From Octopus sinensis (taxonomy: Eukaryota): DNA of 64,000 bases. Location of the stretch: assembly GCF_006345805.1 (NCBI RefSeq), contig NC_043021.1, positions 25,730,001 through 25,794,000 on the forward strand, read 5' to 3'. The notes below the pieces were generated by a model. It saw only the letters and a program-made list of their open reading frames with translations, did no database searches and had not been told where the DNA came from. Below are positions 25,718 to 39,145 of this stretch, piece after piece (within the stretch, counting starts at the first letter, position 1; each line of letters begins with the position of its first letter). The position numbers were made by a program, and so were the translations under genes.

Positions 25718-25718
<1 letters not shown>
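24103..25718 (+). mobile_element. Non-autonomous Helitron (~1.6 kb)
   Basis: 5' end (A)TATATATATAAAACTGAGAATGTCTGTCTG with the TC degenerate. Core AACTACACAACCAATTTCATTCAAATTT. 3' hairpin TGACCCG-GCAACGA-CGGGTCA and terminal CTAG|T at 25715-25718. Confidence 0.65.
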
Positions 25719-25762
<44 letters not shown>

Positions 25763-26533
25763 TACATACATATGTATACTTACACACACACACACACACA
25801 TATATATACATATCATCATCATCATCATCATTGTTTAACGTTTGCCTTCTATACTGGCATGGGTGGGGGTCATTTGACAAGAGCTGGCCCGGTAAAATAA
25901 TATACTTTATTAATAAAGCTCTGATGATTTGCAGCTTTATTAATAAAATGTGTGTATTTATATATATATATATATATCCATAGTAATGGTAAAACAACAA
26001 AAGAATGAATGAGACCTCCATAGGTGTGGTTTGAACAGGCATGTGAGAAGCAAAGGGACACAGGTCTTTTTTTTAATGTATACTTATACACATAAGTATA
26101 CATGGAAGTGTTGGGGATAAGGGATTTGCAGTGCTGTTCATGGTATGTATTAATAATGTATTAATAAGAATGGTATGTATTAATAAGATGACAACATAGA
26201 GGAAGGGAGTAAAAGAATAAGGAGATGGAAAGAAAGAAGAAAAAAGAAGCATAAAAGTTCATAGTTCAACTTTCTGAAGTTATAGAAACCAGAGCATGAG
26301 TCCTTAGGTGCAATCCTGTGTAGATCCATGAGCATAAGTCCTTAGGTACAATCCTGCCTTGCCTTAATGTTTGTTGTCCCCTTTAACAATTACATATCCG
26401 CTGCATCGGAAATCTGCAATGGCTCCATAACTACCGTGTCAGCTATAACCTTGGATCCCCAGTAAACCATTACATCATTTATTTAGCGTACCTAATCGTT
26501 TAGATCACCTGTGAACTAAACCCCCATACTTTG

Positions 26534-26576
<43 letters not shown>

Positions 26577-27299
26577 ATATTATATATATATATATATATA
26601 TAAACACACACACACACACATGCACACACGAGTGAGTAGACAAACAAAAGAAAGGTACTCAACACATTTATTGGGAGTTACATGTATGGATCAAAGCAGT
26701 TTGATTCAGACTCCTTTTGGTACTCTGAGTTTCAAGTGTGTGGCTAGTCTTTGGCCATTGGGGTCTGAATGACAGTTCAATTGAAGAGAGTCAATGTTTA
26801 CTACTGGACGTTAGCTTGTGATTGGTTGAAAAAGGTCACGCTGTATAGCAGCTTCATGTTGGTATTTCAGTGACAACAATTACTTGGAAAATTACTAGGA
26901 ACAGGAAATTGATTGTGTCATGAACAGGAAATTGACTGTGTGATAGACAAGAAATCGGTCATTTGGTTGGGAGGAAGTAGGAAGGGGCAGTAGATGTGGG
27001 GGTATATACGTACATGTATATGCTCATATATCTGCGTGTATGCACTTATAGTTTTACGAGTATATATATGTGCTTAGATGTACATCTGTGCACGTGCATG
27101 CACACTCACACACACACACAAAGGCTCACATGCACACACACGTGTGGACACATATGTACACACATACACACACACAGACATACACAAGTGTACATATATT
27201 CACATTCACAGGTGCACATGTATATGGGTGCACATGAGGACACACCCATGTCTGTGCATGCATATGTGTACTCACACACATAAGCACATGCACATATAC

Positions 27300-29110
27300 T
27301 TGCATGGTCATGCACAAGGGGTGATGCACAAGGGGTGAGAGTATTCAGGTAGACAGGCATGGAGAAGTGTTGGGGATAAGGGATTTGCGGTGCTGTTCAT
27401 GGGAGTTAATTTCTGACAGTGACCTTGGTGCAGGCAATGCTAGGAGTGGCTGGCACTAAGGAGGTATATCCAGATTGTCAGCTGCCAGTGGCTTTAAATT
27501 TACCAGAAGGGTGGTCCTCTGGTGACAGCAATACGATACCTTATATTCCTCGTTGATGATACTGTGAGTTGGTAGATGATATGCAGTTTTGTGCAGAGGC
27601 ACAGCTGGCAATTTGGGATGCCAGGTGAATATGGTGGCAGCCTCCAGAGAAAAAATGACAGGCGCGTAAAGTTCTCTCTGTTGCTGGATCTAAATGGATG
27701 AAAGTGTTGGGAGTACTTTCCCTTGAAGCCATTGGCTGTCATGCCCGTATAGTGCCTAGTAATGCCATCAGTTGATTTAAGGGTGACTCTGTAATTACAG
27801 TGCTTGAGAGACAGGATCCTCCTAGAGGGCAGGTGATAGGGTCTCAGAAGTGGCAGGTTGGGGTTGGGTGTTGTGTGGGTGCATTTTTATGTCTGTTGAT
27901 GCATGCATGTTAGATGCAATGTTTAAAGCAGGAGTAACTTACCTTGACATTATGGGGGTTGAAGAGTTTGTAATGCTTATGGCCTCTGAGGAAATGTTTC
28001 TTTATTAACGGCAGTAAGCCCCTGGCTACATTGGTAGAAACTTCTAGGTTAAATGGTGGTGGTGGTGGTGGTGGGGTTATCCAGATTATTTTCCTTTTCC
28101 TATAGGAGAGGGGGTTTGGCATTTTCCCACATATGTGAGGTTCTCAGAAAATCCGTTCCTAGCCAAAACATCATTGTAGTTGGGGGCAGCCCTATTAAAG
28201 ATCTCCATGCTGGTTGAGAGTTTAGACACTCATTTCCTAATGCCTGGAACCAGGTTTCTAATTATTGTGGCTGGGGGTGGGGGGGGGGTGATTTGAGCTC
28301 TTGTGGATATTTACTGTTTCTCCATTAGGCTTCTTGTAGGGGTAGTATTTGCCAGTGTTCAGGCTTAAAGTTATGTCCAAGAAATCGACCATAGTCAGGT
28401 TGGAAGTACAGTGATCCCTTGCTACTTCGCAGTTCAACTGTCGTGGATTTTTAATATATATATATATGAACACCTAAAATTTTTCATTAAATCCATTAAA
28501 ATATTAATAATAAATATTATTTCCTAGTCTAGGAACAACAAAACAAGCGCAAAATAGCAAAACAACATATACAGGGGGTATATGAACTTAAGACGGGCTG
28601 TGATTGGTGCATTGGAGACGACGAATCACAGCTTTCTATTTTGTAATCTAGCCTATGATTGGTGCTTTGACCGATGCTCAGATCTGCAGCATCTTCACTT
28701 GTCTCTCTCTCGCGGCCATTTCGCTTCAAGCTTTCTCGCCAAATGGTTTACTGTACTACTTTACGCTGTGCTATGTGTGGTTTTTTTCTTGTTTCTTTGT
28801 GTTAAACTTTGCATTTTCATCCCCTGCAATGGCTCCTACACTTCTTTCGTGTTGAGTACAGTAACAATCTTTATTTTTTAAAAATCTAAAGTCCTTATTA
28901 TTAATAGACTACTGTAATGGGTGGGTTGTTAATAGTACAGGGAGGGTTTTAAAAATCCAAATAGACTTTAAATAAATACTGTAAATATGGTGTCCCTACT
29001 TCGCGGAAACTCAGTTATAGCAGCCGGTCTTGGAACCAATCTACCGTGATAAACAAGGGATCACTGTAACCATTATGGACAGACTGAACTCTTTGAATAG
29101 TTTTATCAAG
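27300..29110 (-). mobile_element. Penelope-like element fragment (RT thumb and GIY-YIG), decayed, interrupted by a MITE
   Basis: Minus-strand peptides LIKLFKEFSLSIMVTSNLTMVDFLDITLSLNTGKYYPYKKPN...HKSSNHPP, RKRKIIW...HNVKVSYSC and MTANGFKGKYSQH...CQLCLCTKL are typical of Penelope RT and GIY-YIG. A 45-bp terminal motif at 27360-27403 is repeated at 26101-26143. Confidence 0.85.
28409..29066. mobile_element. pogo/Tigger-like MITE inserted in the Penelope ORF
   Basis: TA|CAGTGATCCCTTG ... CAAGGGATCACTG|TA. TA is duplicated at 28407-28408 and 29067-29068. Confidence 0.85.
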
Positions 29111-29122
29111 TATATATGTCTG

Positions 29123-29153
<31 letters not shown>

Positions 29154-29520
29154 ATGTATGTGTGTGTGTGTGTGTACATATATATATGTATGTGTGTGTA
29201 TATATATGTATATATATATATATGTGTATATATTAGCAACTGAGGTAGTATTAATTAATACCAAGAGGTGATATTTCTTGCCACTTAAATGTGAATGTTT
29301 GTTAGAACAAGCACTGGTGTTATTATGATTAGCACATGAACTTATAGAAAATATATATATTAGCAACAGATGCAATATACCGAGAGGTAATATTTCTTCC
29401 CACCGGTACATGGATGTTCTGTTAGAACAAACTATACTGTGGTAGATACCATGAGAGAAACTCACATTTGGTGCAAATATATATACATATACATATACAT
29501 ATATATATTTACTCTCTCTC

Positions 29521-29917
29521 ATTTACTCATTTACTTGTTTCAGTCATTTGACTGTGGCCAAGCTGGAGCACCACCTTTAGTCGAGGAAATCGACCCCAGG
29601 ACTTATTCTTTGTAAGCCTAGTACTTATTCTATTGGTCTCTTTTACCGAACCGCTAAGTTACAGGGACGTAAACACACCAGCATCGGTTGTCAAGCGATG
29701 TTGGGGGAATAAACACAACACACAAACATACACATATATATATATACATATATACAACGGGTTTCTTTCAGTTTCCGTCTACCAAATCCACTCACAAAGC
29801 TTTGGACGGCCTGAGGCTATAGTAGAAGACACTTGCCCAAGGTGCCACGCAGTGGGACTGAACCTGGAACCATGTGGTTCGTAAGCAAGCTACTTACCAC
29901 ACAACCACTCCTATGTC
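29521..29917 (-). mobile_element. SINE family A copy
   Basis: Colinear with 13705-14132. Confidence 0.8.
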
Positions 29918-30827
29918 TATATATATATATATATATATGAACACATGTATGTATAAGTGCATACAGCCATGTATATAATAGCTGAGTTGAGTTACGGCCC
30001 TTTCAACAACACATTTTACTTTTGGTGGGGGGGGATGTTAGTTAGACCTATTACCTAACATCCCTAAAATCACTGATGCTTTTTGTTGAAACATATGTAA
30101 TTCATCCTTTTGGAAATGACATCAATCCCACAGGCACTGCTTTTTTTACTCTTTTAAACATCTGAAACTGACGTAACAGATTTGTCATTTATATAGACAA
30201 GGATGGGAAGTGAGTCAGTAAATTACGTATTTTTCCGTGTGTTTGTGTGTGAAAGAAAATAAAAAAATTTACAATGTAACTCCATTTATGTGACTAATAA
30301 GCTAAATGCTTTTTAATATGAAAAAATATAAAAGAACAAATTTGTTTGTAAAAGTTAGAAGCAGTCCATTCCCTCCAAACTGTGCTGTCCTTGTCCCACT
30401 TACAAGAGCAGAAGCAATGCATTAGCATCTATTGGTAGAAACATTACTGCACTGACTGGCAGCAAATGTTGTTGCTCACACAAGATTTGGGTCAGCTCTG
30501 GGATTTTTCTTTCTTTCTTTCTTTTCTTTTTCTTTTTCTTCTTTCTTTTTTTTTTGTCTTTTGGATGAATTTGTGAAGTTAAAGTAACAACAAAGCCAAA
30601 CAATGAAATCAACAAAAATTCCATAGGAAAATACCATTTGTTTCAAGTAAAAGAAACCCATATTAAAGGCAAATGTTTAAAAATTACCATTTATATCAAA
30701 ATGGAATACATAACTTACAGAGGTAATAAAACAGTCGTGTAATTCAAATAGAGAGATGCTTCAGTATTGTCTGTATGAACAAATGTTTCTATTTCTCCCC
30801 CTTCTCTCTCTCTCTCTCTCTCTCTCA

Positions 30828-30865
<38 letters not shown>

Positions 30866-31099
30866 CTGGCATTGTTGAGAAGTTAAAAGGTTCACTTCCC
30901 AACCACAAGTTCCAAGGTTCAAAAAAAAAAAGAATAGAGAACCATAAATCCCCAAGTATAGATGCCATCAGTGCTACAGAAGTATAAAAACCAGAAGGAG
31001 GGCTCATAGTTAATATGTTAGAGGTAATGCTTAAGATAGCGTGAGAAAGCAAAAGGACTCCAAAACTCCAGACCCATACACCTCCTCTTTTCCCAATTT

Positions 31100-32130
31100 A
31101 TGAAAAGGGTAACAAAGCAAAAATTAAAAGGCAATTTCTTTATTGTCAATAGCAGCAAAAGTGTTTTATAGAATTCTCAGTCAACAGAAAAGCAAGGAAA
31201 ACCAAAGAAGCAACAAGAAAGAGAGCCAGTTTGGTTTTAGAATTAATAGAGGTACAGTTGATGCCATTTTTATAGTCAGACAGGTTGTTGGAAAGTATAT
31301 AACACAAAAAAAACATTGAGTTCCCTAACACATCTTCATTGACTTTGGCACAGTCTGGGAGGCAAACCCTACTGCTATGGAAGATGATGACTGCAATTAA
31401 TGGAGACCCCATGATAGTGTAGATTATACAGTCACTCTGCTACAATACCAAGTATACTGTGACTATGGATGGCCAGGTGAAGGATTGGTATGAAATGCAC
31501 ATGGGTCTGAGATAAGGCTATATATATATATATAAACCTCTACCCTTTTCAACATCTCCCTGAAATTTGTCATGAGACAACTCAAAAACCTGTGTAAAAA
31601 TCTGGCATTTACTAGCCACCTCTCCATGAACATTAAATGTGCTGCTGATGGTACACCCCCAATATCCATGGTCTTTGATAAATTGAAAATGATCCATTGG
31701 ATGAAGCGTGTAAAAAAAAATGGGATACAAAAATAACTGGTAAAGAATACAAGATTCTGTCAGCTAGAAAATGAAAATGGTTCTGAAGTAGAATATGTCA
31801 CAGTTTTTGTTGCATGGGAATATAATACCAAATGGATCAGGGAATGTGAAAAATCAGTTCATACAAGCTTTTATGGTATTTGAAGATTAAGAAATATAAT
31901 CTGAAACAGGCAGGATATCAGCCAGCAGCTCAGAGTTAAACTGTACAACGCCCTTAGTCTTTCCACTGCAATCTGTATCATAAAGATGAAACTTTAAATC
32001 TGAAGACACACTCAGATGAGAAATTTTGAAATGCAGTCTTTGCTTAATATATTAAGGGATATCACTATGAGATATATCACTATATTAAGGGATATCACTA
32101 TGAGACAGGCACAAAAAGCACTGAGCAGAC
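31100..32130 (+). mobile_element. Decayed RTE-clade LINE RT fragment
   Basis: GTVDAIFIVRQVVGKY (RT motif 3 region) and GQVKDWYEMHMGLR*G (lead-in to the GVxQG motif), with many lesions. Confidence 0.5.
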
Positions 32131-32461
32131 AGAACAATTATTGTTGAAAAAAAATGTATTATACATGTATGAACATCTGTATACAATTGCGTATGCAATA
32201 TATAAATACACTTTTTGTCTTTGTTCTTCTGTCTTGTGGTCATTTATCATTATCCTCCCAGTTCACCTTGTTCACAACCTGTCATTTTGCTATATATGTG
32301 TGTGTGTGTTTGTGCTTGTACTTATAGATATTATATATACATATATATCATGTAAATCATATATTATATATATATTGATAAATATAGATATAGATATTGT
32401 ATATATGTATGCATGTATACTATATATATGTATATATACATATTTATTATATATATATATA

Positions 32462-32854
32462 TTCTTTTATTCTTTTACTTGTTTCAATCATTTGACTATG
32501 GCCTTTAGTCGAGCAAATCAACTCCAGGACTTATTCTTTGTAAGCCTAGTACTTATACTATTGGTCACTTTGGCCGAACCGCTAAGTTAAGGGGACGTAA
32601 ACACACCAGCATCGGTTGTCAAGTGATGTTTTGGGGACAAACACAGATACACAATCATACACATACACACACACACACACACACATATATACGATGGGCT
32701 TCTTTCAGTTTCCATCTACCAAATCCACTCACAAGGCTGTGGTTGGCCCGTGGCTATAGTAAAAGACACTTGCCCAAGGTGCCATGCAGTGGGACTGAAC
32801 ACTGAACCATGTGGTTGGTAAGCAAGCTACTTACAACACAGCCACTCCTGTATG
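32462..32854 (-). mobile_element. SINE family A copy
   Basis: Colinear with 13705-14132. Followed by a ~390-bp compound (TG)/(TATG) microsatellite to about 33240. Confidence 0.8.
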
Positions 32855-35024
32855 TAATATGTGTGTGTATGTATACATATGTATGTATGTATGTGTGTGT
32901 ATGTATGTGTGTATGTGTGTATGTGTGTATGTATGTATGTATGTATGTATGTATGTGTGTGTATGTGTGTATGTATGTATATGTGTGTGTGTATGTGTGT
33001 ATGTGTGTATGTATGTATTTATGTATGTACGTGTGTGTATGTGTGTATGTGTGTGTATGTGTGTATGTGTGTGTGTATGTATGTATGTATGTATGTATGT
33101 ATGTAGGTATGTATGTAGGTATGTATGTATGTGTGTGTGTGTGTATGTGTGTATGTATGTATATGTGTGTGTGTATGTGTGTATGTGTGTATGTATGTAT
33201 GTATGTATGTATGTATGTATGTATGTATGTATGTATGTATATTTATCAGCAGATGCTGCTATAAATGTTTTCCTGATGAATTGTAACTCCAGATATTTCA
33301 CTTTAAATAACTCGGCAACCAGCAGTAAGAACCAATCAATCAAAGCCATTTCAATATGTGGAATATGTCTGCTATACTGCAGCTAATCTATTAAATCATT
33401 ACTTGGCTATCAAAATTTTAAAGATCAATATAAGATATGTTATTGAATTGAATTTCAAAACTGTACAGTTTTATTTTATTGATTAAGCTTCAATCAAGAT
33501 GAAAGAAATGACACGATACTAAATATGGTGATTTTTCATCAATAATTGAGTCTTTCTTTAGTGATTGCCAGAGGACATATGTAGGTGTGAAGGCCATTAG
33601 GTAGGTAAGGTGTTGGTTGGCAATCTGGGTCCATGTTTTGGTTCACTATGTAATTACATGGAATGGATCAGTGCTATATTCTTCTTATTTCACAATAATT
33701 TTAAAAGCTGCCTCTTCATTAGTTTTTCAAATTGATGATGAAAGCTATAGTGAATAACACATTTGCATTTACAATCTTCCCTCCTCCTCTTCCTCCTCCT
33801 CCTATTCCTCCTCCTCCTCCTCCATCCCCATCCCCACCTCCTCCTCCTCCATCCCCATCCCCACCTCCTCCTCCACCCTTCTCTCCCCACCCCCTCTTTC
33901 TCAGCTAAATATTACATAACATTAAAAAAATCAATCAGGTTTTGCCATATTACAAATTCTGTTTTTAGATGATTGTGTTAATTTTTTTTTTTACTTTGGT
34001 TTAATCCAAATGACATTAGTAAATACGAAACATTTAATTTCCCCTTGATAATTACAAGAAGATAATTAGAATTATCAATGAAACAAACTGATGAGACTGA
34101 GCTTGTCTTACATTTAAATGAAATCATTTACAGACAAATAAATAGGCAGAAATCTGATCATGTTTATGGCAGTAATTTTAGTCCTTTTGTTACATTCTTT
34201 TCAACCCCAAGATCCCCAAGACGAGTCTGTTACTAACAAAGAGAAAGAATAGTACTTGAGTAAGAATAGATGGTCATCATGGAATATTTTCTAATTGCAA
34301 AAGTAAGATGATGGTCAGGAGTTTATAAAATGTTTCGATAAGTCTACCAGAAAGATAGCAAAAACTTGAAAGAAAACTGCAAGCAGAAAGCTTGAGGCAG
34401 CCATCGGGAAATAATGATTAGTTGATTTGACTAATTTTGTCATCATTGTCGTTGCTGTTGTTACTGTTGTCATCTTCATCATTATCATCACCATCATATA
34501 GGCACAGGCATGGCTGTGTAGTAAGAAGCTTACTTCTCAACCACATGGTTCTAGGTTCAGTTCCAATGCATGGCACCTTGGGCAAGTGTCTTATAGTCTT
34601 GTGCTGACCAAAGCCTTGTGAGTAGACTTGGTATGCAGAAACTGAAAAGAAGCCTATTGTGTGTGCGTGCGTGTGTGTGTGTGTTTCCTAAAATGGTTAA
34701 GAGGGATATATATAATCCTAGCAGATACCATGTTCACTCTTATCAATTAATGTAAGTAAACTCCAGTTAGTTAAAACTACTATACTCAGTTAATCCTCAC
34801 TTTGGTAAATCCAGATGTCTTTATAAAGACTGCATATTGTCGGTAGAGAAGAAATAATAAATGTGTAAATCTCTATTCTCCTGATCTTTATTAATGTGTG
34901 TGTGTGTGTGTGTGTGTGTGTTTGTCCCCTACCACCACTTGATAACCAGTGTTGGTGTATTTATGTCCCTGTTACTTATGAGTTTAGCAAAAGAGAATAA
35001 GTACTAGGCTTAAAAAAGAAAATA

Positions 35025-35938
35025 CGAGGTGTGTTAAAAAATATCTGACTTTATTTTTTCCTGCCAAAACTTATGCCATAAGAGCAATATATTTCGATGA
35101 GAGGTGAGGTTACCCTTTCTGTTTCATGCATGAAAATTCTCATGTCAGTAGGCCACATCAGTTCCTGGCTGTTACGCCTAGAGTACAGACATGTAGTCTG
35201 CATCCTCCCTGGACTTTCCTTTTCACCAAACGCATTGAGCAGAGATATTGCATCAGTTTTGCCAAAAGTTTGGTGATACTCAAGCTGAAACTATCCAGAA
35301 AATTCAGCAGGCCTTGGGTGATGACACCATGGGCAAAACTCTGACCAAGGAGTGGTACAACCACTTCAAACTTGGCTGCTTCTCAATGGAGAGTGAGGCA
35401 TGCTTAGGAAAGCCATCGACAAGCTGAAATGAGGAGGCAATTGAGAAGATTTCGATGTCTTCGATGAACAGTCATGGAAGACTGTCGTGTAACAATCCAG
35501 GAAATTGCTTACAAAGTGGGAATATGCACAGGAACAGTGCTTTCCATTTGAAGGGAGGATTTGTGCATGCGGAGAGTGTCAGTAAAATTCATCTCCAAGG
35601 TGCTGGCAGAGCAGCAGAAGCAACTCTGCATGGAAATCATTCAGGACATGCTGGATTGTGCAAACCATAACCCATACTTCATGAAGACCATCATCACTAG
35701 TGATCATATATGGGTTTATGGTCTCTGCTCAATGCATTTGGTCGTCTTGCATGAAAACGAAAATCTAACAAGTGTGCACTACATGTCTGTAGTCTAGGCA
35801 CAACAGCTAGAAACTGACATAGCCTACTGGTACAAAATGCAGGAACAGTGGCGTCACTTCTCACTCAAAGGATTTTGCCCATGTGACATTAATTTTGATA
35901 GAAAAATATAAAGTTGGATACTTTTTGAGTGCACCTTG
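35025..35938 (+). mobile_element. Internally deleted mariner transposon
   Basis: TA|CGAGGTGTGTTAAAAAATATCTGACTTT ... AAAGTTGGATACTTTTTGAGTGCACCTTG|TA. Transposase remnants IEQRYCI.F and MRRVSVKFISKVL...IITSDHIWVYG (degenerate WVPR and TGDE motifs). Confidence 0.88.
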
Positions 35939-37180
35939 TAAGTACTGGAGTCAATTTATTTTACTAAAAATTCTTCAAAGCAATGCCCCAACATGGCCAC
36001 AGTCAAATGACTGAAACAAGTAAAAGATCTTTATCTTTTAACACTTGTCTTCCATACTGGCTTAAGATGGACAGGTCAACAGGATCCAATGAGCTAGAAG
36101 ACTCTATTGTGCTCTGGTGTCTGTTTTGCTATGGTTTTTACAGCAAGATGCCATTCTAATGTGAACTACCACACAGAGTTTATTGAGTGTCTTTTTTTGT
36201 CATGGCACCAACACTAGTGAGGTTGTGATGTAACTTACAAGATTAAAAAGCTCCCTTCAATTGAATAGAAATATAGTAGAGATAGAAGCAGGTTTGGTCT
36301 TGTGCTGGGTGGTTAATATGTGAAAGGTGGAATGGGAACAGGTTTGTTGCTGTAGAAGAGATACATGGCTACCTCACATTATATAAGGAAGAATGAATGG
36401 GAGTGGAAATAGAAAGAGAGATAAAGATGTGTGCTCTCAAAGTACAATAAAGTGAATAAAAGGGACAGTAGGGACAGAGGGTCAAAGAAGGGTGGACTGG
36501 GTGGGGCTGCAAGAATCTGTTTAGAGTGAGAGATGGCTAGAGACGAGGTAGGTGTGGAGTTAGATATAGTGAATGGTGACAATGTGTAGAGGAGTGGTCC
36601 ATGGTAAATGTGATTTGGAGGGAAGATAATAATAGTTATTTATGGACCTTTTGAGTGAGATGGGTTACTTGATCTGAAGAAAAATTTAACTGGGCCCCAC
36701 CTGGAAAGTCATGTGTTATTTATCTTGATGTGAGATCACCATGTTGCACATGTATGGTTGTGATGCATGTGCCTGGTGTATCCTTATCAGATGGGTAGTT
36801 AGGAAGGGCATCCAGCCGTAGAAACATTGCTAGATTAGACTGGGCCTGGTGCAGCCTTCTGGCTTCCCAGACCCCAGTTGAACTGTCCAACCCATGCTAA
36901 CATGGAAAGCGGACGCTAAATGATGATGATGATGATGAGATCGCCATGTCGCACACATATGGTTGTGATGCATGTGCCTGGTGTACCCTTATCAGACGGG
37001 TAGTCATGATGGGTATACTGGACTTTGTATATTTTACCCCAGTGTCACTTTGATGGCATGGACTGCTCTCTCACTCAAGAAGAAGAAGAAGAGTGATGGT
37101 GGTGGCGGTGGTGGTGGTAGTGGTGGTGGTGCTGGTGGCGGCGGGGGTTTTTGGTGGTTTTGGTGGTGGTGGTGGTGTTG

Positions 37181-37213
<33 letters not shown>

Positions 37214-38260
37214 AATAAGGGAAGGATGAGAAAAATGGAGATGATGGATGTGTATGGGTGAGTAGGTTGTAAGAGTGAGTGGGGAGTAAGAGACATACAG
37301 TGATGGACAGAGACATGGGTGAGTTAATAGGAAGTAGTTCAGAATCAGTAAATGCAAGTATGCGATAACCCATTTGTTCACACTTCTCACCCACATCCTG
37401 ATTCTCTCTGATATACTGCTTTACAATGTAGAATATATCATGTCTCTAGTTCCTATGTTGTAGAACATTGGCAAACCTCTTACTTTCTGCTTCTTCCCTG
37501 TCTTAATAAACCTGTTGCCTAGCTTCTCTTCTGACTATCCATTATAATTCTCTGCTGGCTCCATTCGTGCCTCTCCAGTCAACAATAAATCTTTCATTTT
37601 CAAATATACATATAGGCATAGATTCATCTTTAAATAACACCACAGTAACACAACTTATTTGAAATGCTGAAGATATGAGTCAAGTCCATTTTATTCTTTC
37701 TTCATATAATTATGAGCTGTTTATACATTTATATGTATGTATTCCCTGATACAATAGACATTATATTTTAGCTTAGAAGCCTCATCACCTATGATCATTC
37801 AGTCCTTTAGGTCTCAAACACAAAATTCACTCGTCAAGCTCAGCTTAAATTGAGCAGAGATCAATACTGTTGAATACTCCAGAGTCTTTAATTTCATGGT
37901 AGATCAATGAAGCCAACAAAAGAGGCATCAATATCCTTTGTTGTACCCTGTATGCTGTAAGTTATTGATATACCTAATTTAAAATTATCCACATTCATTA
38001 GTTTGATTTTAGTTATTTTGGTATTATGATTTTTGCTATGTATTAATTCCCAACCATTCCCTATTGGTGAATAAACAAACTAGATTTATATTTCTGCTAG
38101 AATGTTCTATATGTATCAATTTATTGTCCTTCATCACCACCAGATTGGACTATAAAAACTATTTTTTAGTTTCTTTAGAATATTTAGTTTCTTCATTCAA
38201 AACACAAATGTGTATCTATGTACATGCATATGTAAGTGTGTGTGTGTGTGTGTGTGTGTA

Positions 38261-39145
38261 CAGGGTGAGGTGAATAAACTATTGTCTAAATTATGCAAAA
38301 ATGAAAATAACACTGACATCTCATTTTAACAGATATATTTATCAAAATTACATGAAAATATTGTGAAATACCAAAGAGTAAATTTAGTCAATAAAATCGC
38401 CATTGGCTTCAACCATGGCCTCCAGAGGACTTCAGAATCTCCTATAGCTCTTCTGGATGGTCTCCTTGTTTAAGTTGGTGAATGCTGCCATAATCCTTGC
38501 TTTCAGTTCATCTTTTGTGTTACAAGGAGTTTTGTTGGTCTCTCACTCAACTGCACCCCACACATAATAATCAAGGGGTTTGCAGTCTGGGGAGTTAGGT
38601 GGTCAGATGTTAGGGGTAATGTGGTCACAGAAATTGTCTGACAGCCATGACTGGGTTCTCTTGCTTAAGTGGCATGGTGTAGAGTCCTGTTGCCAGACAT
38701 AGGTTCTTCCAGCAGTCACCCTCACCAGGGCAGCACTACCTCCTCCAGGCACTTGATGTAGGTCTCCATGTTGAGTCTGAGACTGTGTGGGAAGATCAAT
38801 GGTGACATAACGTCACCATCACAAGTAATCACTTGAAACACCATGATGTTGACTGGATGTTTGATTTATATCATTCTCAGTACATGTTCTCAGATTGCTC
38901 TGTCCTCAGATTGACACCCACACACTCTGAAATGTTAGTATTGGAGCTTCTGGCATGAATGCCAAGCAGTACAGCACATAATTTCCAAATTTCTGGCAGA
39001 GTGAATTGTGTCATGGTGCAGTTTTTGTCACAGACAGTGCCCAACTGACCCTACTACACTGTATAGTCAACAAAATCAAAAGCAAATAATGTGCTTGTGT
39101 GACATTAAAAATATAAAATGGCTGCAATTTACGCATTGCACCCTG
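38261..39145 (-). mobile_element. Deleted DD37D (maT/Bmmar1-like) Tc1/mariner transposon
   Basis: TA|CAGGGTG ... CACCCTG|TA ends. The minus-strand frame reads *PPNSPDCKPLDYYVWGAVE*ETNKTPCNTKDELKARIMAAF...MVEANGDFID. Confidence 0.82.

Noticed and set aside
33775-33900. Polypyrimidine CCT/CCCCAT tract with G4 or triplex potential
   Set aside because: This is ordinary low-complexity sequence with nothing specific to support a function.
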